A stretch of 64,000 bases of DNA from Nitrosopumilaceae archaeon (GTDB taxonomy: Archaea; Thermoproteota; Nitrososphaeria; Nitrososphaerales; Nitrosopumilaceae), in contig CBDATR010000010.1 in assembly GCA_965200155.1 (NCBI GenBank), forward strand, positions 192,001-256,000, written 5' to 3'. Made by a program: the position numbers and the translations under genes. Shown piece by piece: positions 41,615 to 51,103 of this stretch (position 1 is the stretch's first letter; every line of letters begins with the position of its first letter). The notes beneath the pieces were generated by a model, which searched no databases, was not told the origin of the DNA, and saw only the letters and a list, made by a program, of their open reading frames with translations.

Positions 41615-41767
41615 GATATTTCAGCGATAATGACTTATTATTAATCTGAGGTACAACAGGTATTCTTTATGAACTGGCCAGATCAAAGACAATAGCGCGT
41701 TAATAATTGCGCGTATGTTCTCCGCGTATGGAGTAAGGTCTATAATATTTGATCACAAAGTAGTACG

Positions 41768-42259
41768 GTGGCCATTGAACAGGCACTTTTAACATGGACA
41801 CATCTTATTGCTGCATCAATATGGGTAGGCGGCTCCATATTTTTGGGGGTAGTACTCTCACCCATCCTTCGGCAGGTGATCCCAGACGTACCGGAACGGT
41901 TGCACCTAATGATAGTGGTAGGGAAGCGGTTTAACAAGATAGCAATACCATCCCTTGCAGTTCTGGTGGCAACAGGTATCTTTAGCTCCCAGGGCCTGCT
42001 GGCCAACCCGCAACTATTGCCAGCCTCAAGCTATGGCATATACCTTAGCATAAAGATGGTATTGGTTGCCCTGCTGGTTGTAGTATATCTCATACATGTA
42101 AGGCTGATTCGTGGCGATGTCGAGTCCAGAATAATGGCAGGAATGGATCCCAAACAGCTGAAGAGGTTGCGAAAGCAGATAATCATTCTGGGAGAGATTA
42201 CCGTGGCGCTCTCGGTGGCCATTCTCTTCCTGGCGGCGCTTCTTGATGCCGGGGCATAA
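41768..42259 (+). CDS. CopD-family copper resistance membrane protein
   Basis: HLIAASIWVGG, K.VLV. Confidence 0.8.
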   Translation: MAIEQALLTWTHLIAASIWVGGSIFLGVVLSPILRQVIPDVPERLHLMIVVGKRFNKIAIPSLAVLVATGIFSSQGLLANPQLLPASSYGIYLSIKMVLVALLVVVYLIHVRLIRGDVESRIMAGMDPKQLKRLRKQIIILGEITVALSVAILFLAALLDAGA

Positions 42260-42582
42260 TCCAAATCAAGGGAAAACGGTACAAGGACTTGTGTGCGGTG
42301 TTTACATCTGAACCACCTAGGCAACACCAAGGCATATCTGACATGGGTTGCTCTCTTCACGGGGTCGCTTTTGTAGCGGCCAAGATATAACCGGCTCCTC
42401 CGGAGATCATCCGCGCTGATGATATTGAACGGTGAAGTTCAGCACAGCAGGACTTTGAATGTCGTGGTTTTTCAGGTCAATAATTTGCCACAATACGGAC
42501 CAGAGAAGTGCTGCAAACTACAAAAATGTATACCTTTTTTAAAAGTGGGTTCGTTCCATATACATTGAATCTCCAGAGCAAG

Positions 42583-43065
42583 ATGACAGTATATGCTGCA
42601 ATAGGCGCAATGCTGGCGCTGATGCTAGGAATTGTTTACTATAGCAGCTTGGATAATCCGTTCTTGGAGCAGGCACAGATTGAGTTACACGATGTTCAGA
42701 TACTAGAGGTGAACGAGATACAGGGCATAGCCACGCTAGAAGTGGCATTCCTGGTGACCAACCCCACAGAACTGACCTTCACCATACCATCCATATCTTA
42801 TGAGCTGTTTGGCGACGGGCAGCCAATGGGTGCCGGTCAGTATTCCACAGAGGATATAGCAATGCCAGGCCGGGCGGCGTTTTATGGTGGCGCATCAATA
42901 CCGCTCAAAAGTACCATGACGGTAAGTCTGTCTAACACAGACCCTACATTATACCAGAATATAGTGAACGAACGGATACAGCAGTATAGCGCCGAGGGAA
43001 TGATTACCGTTGAATCAGCGTGGGCGATTGTGGAGATGGATTTTGAATCATCCATGTCACGATGA
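42583..43065 (+). CDS. Membrane-anchored LEA-2-like protein
   Basis: N-terminal TM segment; FLVTNP...ISYEL. Confidence 0.65.
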   Translation: MTVYAAIGAMLALMLGIVYYSSLDNPFLEQAQIELHDVQILEVNEIQGIATLEVAFLVTNPTELTFTIPSISYELFGDGQPMGAGQYSTEDIAMPGRAAFYGGASIPLKSTMTVSLSNTDPTLYQNIVNERIQQYSAEGMITVESAWAIVEMDFESSMSR

Positions 43066-43072
43066 TCTTAAA

Positions 43073-43149
43073 TGGTGGGCCGGATGAGATTCGAACTCAC
43101 GACCACCGCCGTGTCGAGGCGGTATCCTAACCAACTAGACGACCGGCCC
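43073..43149 (-). tRNA. tRNA-Val(GAC)
   Basis: CCGCC-TCGACAC-GGCGG anticodon arm, encoded CCA. Confidence 0.9.
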
Positions 43150-43180
43150 TTATGGAATAAGGGGGCGATTCATTATTAAC

Positions 43181-43891
43181 GTTGGCGATAACGACTTTAG
43201 TGATAACGAAAAACGCGGATTTTACAAGGCCGTATACTCCAGGCGAGATGTTAGGTCACATTTTATCTCCAAACCCATACCCGAAAGAACACTTGCCAGA
43301 ATACTGCACGCAGCCCACCATGCACCATCGGTAGGATTCTCTCAACCCTGGAGCTTTATACTGATACGTGATACAGATACGCGCAAGAGAATAAAGGAGT
43401 CGTTTGAGGCAGAGAGGGGCAAATCCGAGGATATGGTAACAGAGCCCCGTCGTGCACACTACAAATCGCTGAAATTGGAGGGCATACAGGAGTCGTTTGT
43501 AAACGTCTGTGTTACATATGACCCCACAAGGTTTGGACCCTTTGTTATAGGGCGGACTAGCATACCGGAGACTGGCATATACAGTGTATGTTGCGCCATT
43601 CAGAATTTGTGGCTGGCCGCCCGTACAGAGGGGATAGGTGTGGGATGGGTCAGCATACTCTCCAATGACGTGATAATGGAGTGTCTAAGATTGCCGAAAC
43701 ATGTCACACCGGTAGCATATCTGTGTCTGGGGTACACACAGGGATTTGCCAAGAAGCCGGATCTGGAGACGGCCGGTTGGCTGTCCAGGATGGGCCTAAG
43801 CGAGGTGGTTGCATATGAAATGTGGGAGGGGGATCCCGATTCAAGATGGTCCCCACTACATAACATATTGGACAGTACAGACTACGCTTAA
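43181..43891 (+). CDS. bluB: 5,6-dimethylbenzimidazole synthase (nitroreductase); start uncertain
   Basis: Frame open upstream of 43433: YSRRDVRSHF, AHHAPSVGFSQPW; IQNLWLAARTEGIGVGWVS. Confidence 0.85.
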   Translation, partial: VGDNDFSDNEKRGFYKAVYSRRDVRSHFISKPIPERTLARILHAAHHAPSVGFSQPWSFILIRDTDTRKRIKESFEAERGKSEDMVTEPRRAHYKSLKLEGIQESFVNVCVTYDPTRFGPFVIGRTSIPETGIYSVCCAIQNLWLAARTEGIGVGWVSILSNDVIMECLRLPKHVTPVAYLCLGYTQGFAKKPDLETAGWLSRMGLSEVVAYEMWEGDPDSRWSPLHNILDSTDYA

Positions 43892-43915
43892 ATTGTTACA
43901 AGATATGACAGAGAT

Positions 43916-44006
43916 GGGCTTGTGGCGCAGAGTCGTTGACGCGTAGCATGGATAGCGCGGTAGCCTCCTAAGTTACAGGTCGTGGGATCGAAGCCCTCCA
44001 AGCCCG
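43916..44006 (+). tRNA. tRNA-Arg(CCT) with ~16-nt non-canonical D-arm intron
   Basis: GGGCTTG...CAAGCCC-G; anticodon loop CTCCTAA; 91 nt with the extra sequence in the D arm. Confidence 0.85.
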
Positions 44007-44012
44007 CTTATA

Positions 44013-45542
44013 TCACTCAGGATGGGCATAGCCATTATCACTAAGCCAGTGCAGTACCGTAGATATGGCTGTGCAGTTGTCTCTGTTGTACGTCCGGATG
44101 TATTCCAGGCAGTCCTGGCGCATAGTATCTTGCATGTATGTACGGTGCATCAGAACACCCTTGCCCCATTCCGCGTCTGAATCCGTCCATTTGAATCCCA
44201 TCCACTCGGCCACTGATCTAAGTTTGTTTCTGTAAATGGGGAACGCCACCATCGTGGTGGTAATACGATGCAGATCAACCATGGGCATCTCAGGAGATTC
44301 TGCCGTATGATGTCTTCCCATCAGCGCCGACAGGGGTGTTTCACCACCGGAACCCCAATGATAGATTGTATAATCATGCAGTCTTCCCATAAAGTCCAAA
44401 AATTCCTCCAGCATCTCCCCCTCACCTTCCTTATTGCGCATTACAAAAGGGAAGTAATTCTGGGCATTCTCCGTACTAACAAGTGCCCCGATCATGTAGA
44501 CCTCGCCGTTCATACCCTCCTCAACCCGCAAGAATACGGTAGTAGGAGTGTCCGGAACCGGCACTGTGACTCCCGTCCGGACAGCCTCACCTGTCTTGAG
44601 AGCAATGGCATGCGTCCTGCATCGCCTCACAGACTCCGGATCCAGGCCCATATTCAACAGGGAGGCCACATCCATCTCGGATAACTGGCCAACCGTACTT
44701 ATTCCGGCCGACTTTAGTATTAGATTAGTCTCTCTATCCATTCCGCTGATCAGCGAGAGATCATCACACTGTATGGCCATCTTGTCACAATAATTACTCC
44801 AAGGAAAGACACCGTGCCCATAGGTCACCGGCGGCATCTGGCCATCCTTTATGCTTTCTACACCGGAGATTATCTTGTCTATGTCACTTTTGTGGTCTTC
44901 AAACTTGTACGCGCTATCCTCGCCCTGGGCATTGAGCAGGCAGAACTCCTCTGGAACATACCCCTGAATCTCACCCAGCATTGTATTATAGAATGCCGCC
45001 TGCATGACGTGTTTTCTTTTAATTTTTTTGGATGATTTTATCTCCTTTACTACATAGTGGTGCGCTCCCAGGCACGACTCACCATCCCGCCTCTCCAGTA
45101 TGTCCGGACTCCCATGAAATCCGCGTGCAAAAAAGCATAGCTGGGGCTCAAGCAGGCTCTCGACACCCTGACACATAGACTGCACAGTCTTCTCAAAGGC
45201 CAGCACCCTGTTACGGTCACGCTGGGCGGCGCGTTCCTTGTCACTAATCCATCGGCGTGGTCGTTTGGCTTTATGATGATTCTTGGTGTGCCGTCGCTCC
45301 TCAGACTTTTGGGGATAGAGATTCCGCATAAGGCTGTCCTCGTGGCTGTGCCCGTATTGGGTAAATAGTGTCTGGGATGCATCAGGTGGGTCTCTCTCGT
45401 AGCGAGAGACAAAATTCTTGCAATATAATGAGAAAGGGGATTCAACAAACAGGGAGATATCAGAGCCGGATATTCGATGAATCGAGGCCTGACTTATACA
45501 ATTAGTCAGTATGTTGTCGGCGAATATTGATCCTGTTGTCAA
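44013..45542 (-). CDS. TM0106-family RecB-like nuclease with C-terminal RNase H-like domain
   Basis: GHSHE, PDIL...EIK...QAAFY, HhH, VDL...LRSVA...GFKW...YNRDNC. Confidence 0.85.
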   Translation of the reverse strand: MTTGSIFADNILTNCISQASIHRISGSDISLFVESPFSLYCKNFVSRYERDPPDASQTLFTQYGHSHEDSLMRNLYPQKSEERRHTKNHHKAKRPRRWISDKERAAQRDRNRVLAFEKTVQSMCQGVESLLEPQLCFFARGFHGSPDILERRDGESCLGAHHYVVKEIKSSKKIKRKHVMQAAFYNTMLGEIQGYVPEEFCLLNAQGEDSAYKFEDHKSDIDKIISGVESIKDGQMPPVTYGHGVFPWSNYCDKMAIQCDDLSLISGMDRETNLILKSAGISTVGQLSEMDVASLLNMGLDPESVRRCRTHAIALKTGEAVRTGVTVPVPDTPTTVFLRVEEGMNGEVYMIGALVSTENAQNYFPFVMRNKEGEGEMLEEFLDFMGRLHDYTIYHWGSGGETPLSALMGRHHTAESPEMPMVDLHRITTTMVAFPIYRNKLRSVAEWMGFKWTDSDAEWGKGVLMHRTYMQDTMRQDCLEYIRTYNRDNCTAISTVLHWLSDNGYAHPE

Positions 45543-45685
45543 TGAAAATAGGAAATCTCCCAGATATTTATTGCATCATTGGAACCGGGACCCGTAGCAT
45601 GATGGCACATGGCAGGCATACTGATCAAGTGAGGCAGAAACGCAGACCAGCAGGTTAATATTTTGTCAGGACTGCTACCATCTCA

Positions 45686-46213
45686 TTGAAAGTTGTAGTT
45701 ATATCCGGCAGTCCCAGAAAGAATGGCCTAACCCACATACCCATGAAATACGTGTATGATTATGCAAAGTCAAAGGAACCGGACACCAATCTCATAAATC
45801 TGTCAGGTGATGGTATAGAGTATTATCGTGGATATGGAATAGAGTATAGCGAGGCCACTACTAGGGCGGCACAGCTTTTAACTGATGCAGATGTATGGCT
45901 CGTTGGGACACCCATCTACAACTCATTCTTTAGCGGGGCCCTAAAGAATATCTTTGAGTATGTTAATTACAAGGAGACTGAAGGCAAGGTTGGGGGAATG
46001 GCCATTCTTGCCGCAGGCAACATAGGCTTTATTGATGTCCAAACACTCATGACCCAGCTATTATCCTACTTTCGAGTACTGACCAATCCCAAGGCAGTGT
46101 ACATGACCGTGGGTGATGACATAGTAGAATCAACACTTGGCGAACCGGCCAAGACAAGACTGCGAGAGATGGTAGACGGAACCCTGGGCTTGGCCAAGAG
46201 TACAAGGGCATGA
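45686..46213 (+). CDS. NADPH-dependent FMN reductase
   Basis: ISGSPRKNG, TPIYN...GALKN. Confidence 0.9.
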   Translation: MKVVVISGSPRKNGLTHIPMKYVYDYAKSKEPDTNLINLSGDGIEYYRGYGIEYSEATTRAAQLLTDADVWLVGTPIYNSFFSGALKNIFEYVNYKETEGKVGGMAILAAGNIGFIDVQTLMTQLLSYFRVLTNPKAVYMTVGDDIVESTLGEPAKTRLREMVDGTLGLAKSTRA

Positions 46214-46401
46214 CTGAATCCGAGTCAAAGTGTGACTGCGCGTGTCATTTTGGCGGGGCGCACAGCTGCCCCCGATGCAAAGCCAATCACGGCATGGGTT
46301 GCTGTCACCACTAAGGCCCCCAGACATGAGAATAGTAATTGCAAATCTTGTTTATGCCACTCGCCGATTGTGTTAGATAACAATTTCCGCGCACAAATAG
46401 T

Positions 46402-46493
46402 GTATGAGTTCACCTGTGTCTAAATTTACGCACAACTGATCGCGACAGTTAATGTGATTTGTGCACAAGATTCCGGAAGACGTGAACTCATAC
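46402..46493 (-). mobile_element. 92-bp MITE, copy 12
   Basis: TSD CAAATAGT. Confidence 0.95.
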
Positions 46494-46621
46494 CAAATAG
46501 TTGCCATCGTCCGCACGGTATCATGAACGAACTCACACCACCGATCTCAAGACCAGATTAGGCACTAACATGATGGAATTATTCTGTGTAGTGTTTGTGC
46601 AAGATTGTATTTTTTATTTGG

Positions 46622-46867
46622 TCATATAGGGGATGAGCGCTTTACGACATTCTCCGAATGCTCTGCCTTGTGCACGTAGTCTGTACTGGCCTGAGCTAGC
46701 CACAGAACAATTGTCAGAAACCACGATACAGCAACAGCCATCAGGAACAGAAAGTCCAACACGGGAGCAAAGCCGTTAAAGATAGGCCACAGTATGGTAA
46801 GTATTGCCGAGAATACACCGGTTACAAGAGTCGCCAGATGATTCTTGAGATATCCCATGCATAACAT
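46622..46867 (-). CDS. Small membrane protein
   Basis: Two hydrophobic helices. Confidence 0.7.
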   Translation of the reverse strand: MLCMGYLKNHLATLVTGVFSAILTILWPIFNGFAPVLDFLFLMAVAVSWFLTIVLWLAQASTDYVHKAEHSENVVKRSSPI

Positions 46868-46909
46868 TTGTAAAGAGATTATTTATAATTGGTGCTCTGT
46901 CGACATGAG

Positions 46910-47864
46910 TCAATAGTACGAAAAGTCCGCTTAGGATCCGGCGTACAGTAGCTGACTATTTCATTTCACAAGCCAGATGGTAAAGAGAATAACAGAGGAA
47001 TCAAGACAAAAAGAGGCGTTGCCACAACCAAAATAGCTCAAGACCTGAAACAAGGCACGTACGAAGATTGTGAACCAGAGAACGGGAACGACTCAAGATG
47101 GGCAGGTCATGATACCAATCACCGCCACCCAGATACTAATGGTAACTGAAGCATACAGCAAGGATCCCGCCGGAGTAGTACGTATTGCAAAGAGGCTTAG
47201 ACAGAATTACAATATATTGCGCAGTATATCGCATAATGAAAAAGAACGGTACGGCAGGATCATCACCTGCAAAGTCAGAGTGGGTACGCTACGAGCGTAA
47301 ATATTCCAATGCAATGTGGCACTGGCATGTCATGAAAAGATGAGCGCTTCAAGGGACTGAATCTCATAGATGATGCATCCAGGTGTATAGTCGGGGCGGC
47401 ACTATTTGAGCATGCAACCTCAGAGAACGCCACTCTACTGAGACTGGCAATGAAACGATTCGGCGCCCCTGCATCTCGGATAACGGCGCGTGTTTCGTAG
47501 GACAATAAAGTGGCAAAAAGAACTGGAAACTCACACTATTCGAGGAAGAACTGCTGGATCAAGACATCATACTAATCAATTCCAGGCCATACCACCCGCA
47601 GACAAATGGCAAACTGGAGCGCTTCCATGGAATGATTGAGGACGAGGGGACTCTTATTTAAGAGTCCAACGAGATATGACATCATGACAGTCTCCGGGAT
47701 TATGTGGACTACTACAATGAGAGAAGGTTGCACTTCTCACTGGATAGATAACGGCGAGACACCACTCCAGGAATAAAAAGGCGACCCAGACAATTAGGGC
47801 AAATGATGTAAAATGGATGGAGCGAGATACCAATGACTAGCGGACCGACTTTTCATACATTACA
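46910..47864 (+). mobile_element. Degenerate IS481-family element, copy 2
   Basis: Homologous to 23386-24377; 15-16 bp flanking direct repeat CTCTGTCGACATGAG(T). Confidence 0.85.
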
Positions 47865-47874
47865 CTCTGTCGAC

Positions 47875-47954
47875 ATGAGTTCACGGGACTGGTACACATG
47901 ATTTCATGTACTTCCCAACCACGCGTGTGAATTTGAACGCAGATGAATTCATAC
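47875..47954 (+). mobile_element. Old, diverged MITE relative
   Basis: ATGAGTTCACG...GTGAATTTGAACGCAGATGAATTCATAC resembles the MITE ends. Confidence 0.55.
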
Positions 47955-47986
47955 ATTATTATTGTACATGCAAACTGAAAGTAATA

Positions 47987-48463
47987 TTGAACACGGTTGT
48001 GATAGAGACCAATTTTGGAGTTATATCCTTTAATTTATTGCCAGATCTTGCCCCTGAGACGGTCAGAAATTTTGTAAGCCTGGCCAACAAGAAATTCTAC
48101 GACGGCACACTGTTTCACAGGGTGATACCAGGCTTTATGATACAGGGCGGAGATCCAGAGACAAAGACGCCTAATCGCAGAAGGTGGGGGACTGGCGGGC
48201 CCGGTTATTCAATCAAGGCAGAGTTTAACTCTCGTTCTCATCAGAGGGGCATAGTCTCCATGGCTAGAGCCCAAGATCCCGACAGCGCTGGTTCACAATT
48301 CTTTATTGTGGTAGCAGACAGTCCGTTTTTGGACAGAGAATACACGGTGTTTGGCGAGGTCACAAGCGGTATGGATGTGGCGGATCGTATAGTCGAACTG
48401 CCGCGGGACGGCAACGACTGCCCCCTAAAAGATGCCAAAATGCTCAAAGTTACAATAGAATGA
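47987..48463 (+). CDS. Cyclophilin-type peptidyl-prolyl isomerase
   Basis: FHRVIPGFMIQGGD, SAGSQFFI. Confidence 0.95.
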   Translation: MNTVVIETNFGVISFNLLPDLAPETVRNFVSLANKKFYDGTLFHRVIPGFMIQGGDPETKTPNRRRWGTGGPGYSIKAEFNSRSHQRGIVSMARAQDPDSAGSQFFIVVADSPFLDREYTVFGEVTSGMDVADRIVELPRDGNDCPLKDAKMLKVTIE

Positions 48464-49392
48464 AATTCGTTGTATTTTCACTGATCCTGCTGGTGTCTGT
48501 TCCTGTTGCATGGGCACAGATGAACGCGGCGCCTGTGGCAGATCATGTAGAGATCATGGTAAATATAAACCGGTCTGGCGATGCCCGGGTAGTACATGTT
48601 CTTGAGTCACACTCTCAGGCGCAGCAGATACAGCCCATAGCCGGGGCCATTGAGAATGTTACAGTGCGTGACGAGAGCGGAAGGGACTTGCAGTATGCCA
48701 TGATAACGGACGGGGCCATACTGGTCTTTCCCTCAGACACCGATGTGCGGGTGGAGTATGATATACGGGGCGCATTAAGCAAAAACGGAAACATATGGGG
48801 ATGGGACTTTTTCTACCCCCGCTCGGTACTGTTCTCGTTGCCGCCGGATTTGGCAACCATATATGCCAATGATCGGCCCGTCCACCTAGACGGGGATGAA
48901 CAAATTAGGTGTCACGGATGCCAGATGAGGCTGGAATACACTTTCCAGGAGCCTGTATCACATCACGACGTATGGTGGGAAGAACACCACTTTCTGGTGA
49001 CCATACGCAGTCACGATACCGTAGAGGAGATTGGATTTGCCCAATCCGCCAAGAGTCTTGACTTTGACATTGCCGGAGGCGAGTTTGTCACGGTCGTAAT
49101 ACCCACGGATCTGTTGGGAGGCCCCTACGAAGTGCTGCTAGAGGATGAAAAGGTATGGTTCCACAAGTACAAGTCCAATGATACCCATACATGGATAAAC
49201 TTCAGACCGGAAACTGGGGGATGGGTAACCATAGTGGGCACCACCGTGATACCGGAGTTTCCACTGGCCATTCTGGTAATGGCCGCGGCTGCGCTCCCGC
49301 TACTCGTGATTAGTCAGAACTGGAACCGCAGGCGCAAAAACCATACTCATCTATCCGGGAATCGCAAAGCGGACACTTTGTGGTATAATTGA
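48460..49392 (+). CDS. Secreted protein with PEF(G)-CTERM-like sorting signal
   Basis: Signal peptide; GTTVIPEFP, TM segment, basic tail. Confidence 0.8.
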   Translation: MKFVVFSLILLVSVPVAWAQMNAAPVADHVEIMVNINRSGDARVVHVLESHSQAQQIQPIAGAIENVTVRDESGRDLQYAMITDGAILVFPSDTDVRVEYDIRGALSKNGNIWGWDFFYPRSVLFSLPPDLATIYANDRPVHLDGDEQIRCHGCQMRLEYTFQEPVSHHDVWWEEHHFLVTIRSHDTVEEIGFAQSAKSLDFDIAGGEFVTVVIPTDLLGGPYEVLLEDEKVWFHKYKSNDTHTWINFRPETGGWVTIVGTTVIPEFPLAILVMAAAALPLLVISQNWNRRRKNHTHLSGNRKADTLWYN

Positions 49393-49517
49393 TCTCCCAC
49401 GCCTCTTTGCCGTATAGTTTGTAGTGATCATTTATCTCCGGGGGTATGATTGGATCCTCATCCATACACAAGTATTACGGGCAACAATATAATTGCATTA
49501 ACATTTTCCGGTTCATC

Positions 49518-49697
49518 ATGGAGTGTGGCTGCCATTGCATCCGGTGCAAGAGTACGAACCTGGCATCCCACAGGGTATCGGATATAGAGCCGGACGGGTA
49601 CTATGACATGCACCACACATGTAATGATTGTGGCGCACACTTTGATCATCTGGAAGGAGTGATCTTTGAGTCCTGTAAAATATGCAGAGGCCAATGA
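49518..49697 (+). CDS. Small Cys/His-rich zinc-binding protein
   Basis: CGCHCIRC...HHTCNDC...CKIC. Confidence 0.65.
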   Translation: MECGCHCIRCKSTNLASHRVSDIEPDGYYDMHHTCNDCGAHFDHLEGVIFESCKICRGQ

Positions 49698-49727
49698 GAT
49701 TTATAGACTTTGGAGGTGGCATGGGTT

Positions 49728-50627
49728 ATGCTAATCATATTTGGGACCCTAGTGCTGGATACCATACATACGCCATCCACGGTAAACAAGGAGATACTGG
49801 GCGGCTCATGCTCTTATGCGGCACTGGCCAGTAGCCTGTTCACCAAAACACACCTGGTTGCAGTTGTAGGCAGTGACTTCCCCCAGGCGCACATAGACAC
49901 ACTGGCGCAAAGAATGGACGTAAAGGGTCTCACCATAATGCAGGGAAGGACATTTCGGTATGAGGCAAGATACGAGAATGACTTTGAGTCCAGGGTGGAC
50001 ATGGTAGTAGAACCCAACATTACGGCTGACTTTAAACCTGTACTTACACAAGAATACATGGAATCTGATTACGTCTATCTGGCAAACTCGGATCCGGCGC
50101 AACAGATTGCCCTGCTGGAACAGTTAGGGGATACCAAGATGGTAATGTGTGATACAATAACTCACTGGATAGAGACAAAGAGGAATGATGTAATCAGGCT
50201 TTTGGGCATGGTTGATGCTACAATAATAAACGATGTGGAGGCCAGAGTACTTACGGGAAAGCGCAACCTGTGGGATTGCGCCCATATTATGATGGAATGG
50301 GGCTCGCCCAGCGTTATAATAAAAAAAGCCGAGCACGGATCCATACTATTTCACGAGGAAGAGGCATATTCATTGCCCGCATTTCCCCTGAGCCGTGTGC
50401 TTGATCCGACCGGGGCGGGCGACTCTTTTGCGGGAGCAGTAATGGGATACATGGACTCCACCGGATCTACCGGACCGGAGGGTCTCAGAAAGGCATGCCT
50501 GTACGGGAATGTCCTAGGATCCTTCGTAGTTGAAAAGTATGGAATGGAAGGAATACTTAGTCTGACTCGCGACATGATCAGGGAGCGGGCGCAGGCATAT
50601 AGTGACATGCTGTGCGTCAAGGTGTAG
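49728..50627 (+). CDS. PfkB-family carbohydrate kinase
   Basis: LGGS, DPTGAGDSFAG. Confidence 0.95.
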   Translation: MLIIFGTLVLDTIHTPSTVNKEILGGSCSYAALASSLFTKTHLVAVVGSDFPQAHIDTLAQRMDVKGLTIMQGRTFRYEARYENDFESRVDMVVEPNITADFKPVLTQEYMESDYVYLANSDPAQQIALLEQLGDTKMVMCDTITHWIETKRNDVIRLLGMVDATIINDVEARVLTGKRNLWDCAHIMMEWGSPSVIIKKAEHGSILFHEEEAYSLPAFPLSRVLDPTGAGDSFAGAVMGYMDSTGSTGPEGLRKACLYGNVLGSFVVEKYGMEGILSLTRDMIRERAQAYSDMLCVKV

Positions 50628-50755
50628 ATTGTTCCCGCCATCAGTGGTGTACTGGTAAGACACAATTCAGCACAATGGCTGAAAACCGTATGCTGAACCC
50701 GCTGCTGATCATTTTGTTCATGAATACAGGACCGGGAAAAAAGCTTTTACGTACA

Positions 50756-51103
50756 ATGAGATTGACTACGGACATGGACCGTCTGGATGCCATATTCAAG
50801 ATGCAGAAAGAGTTGGCCGACATGATGAAGCCTGATCGCTATCCCGCAGACAGGGAGAGGCGTGTCTCGGCATTATGCACTGCCATGATTCACGAGGCCG
50901 CGGAGCTCCAGCGTCTTACCAACTGGAAATGGTGGAAGAGTCCTGTGCCATTTGATGAGTCAAAGGCCAGAGAGGAGTTGGCCGACATACTACACTTTGT
51001 AATACAAGCTCACATAGAGATGGGCATGACTCCCGAGGACATATTGAAGGAGTATGCTAGCAAGAACCACATTAATCGGGAGCGTCAGAATAGCGGCTAC
51101 TGA
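50756..51103 (+). CDS. Dimeric dUTPase / MazG-like pyrophosphatase
   Basis: EAAEL...WKWWK...EELADILHF...KN.INRERQ..GY. Confidence 0.85.
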   Translation: MRLTTDMDRLDAIFKMQKELADMMKPDRYPADRERRVSALCTAMIHEAAELQRLTNWKWWKSPVPFDESKAREELADILHFVIQAHIEMGMTPEDILKEYASKNHINRERQNSGY

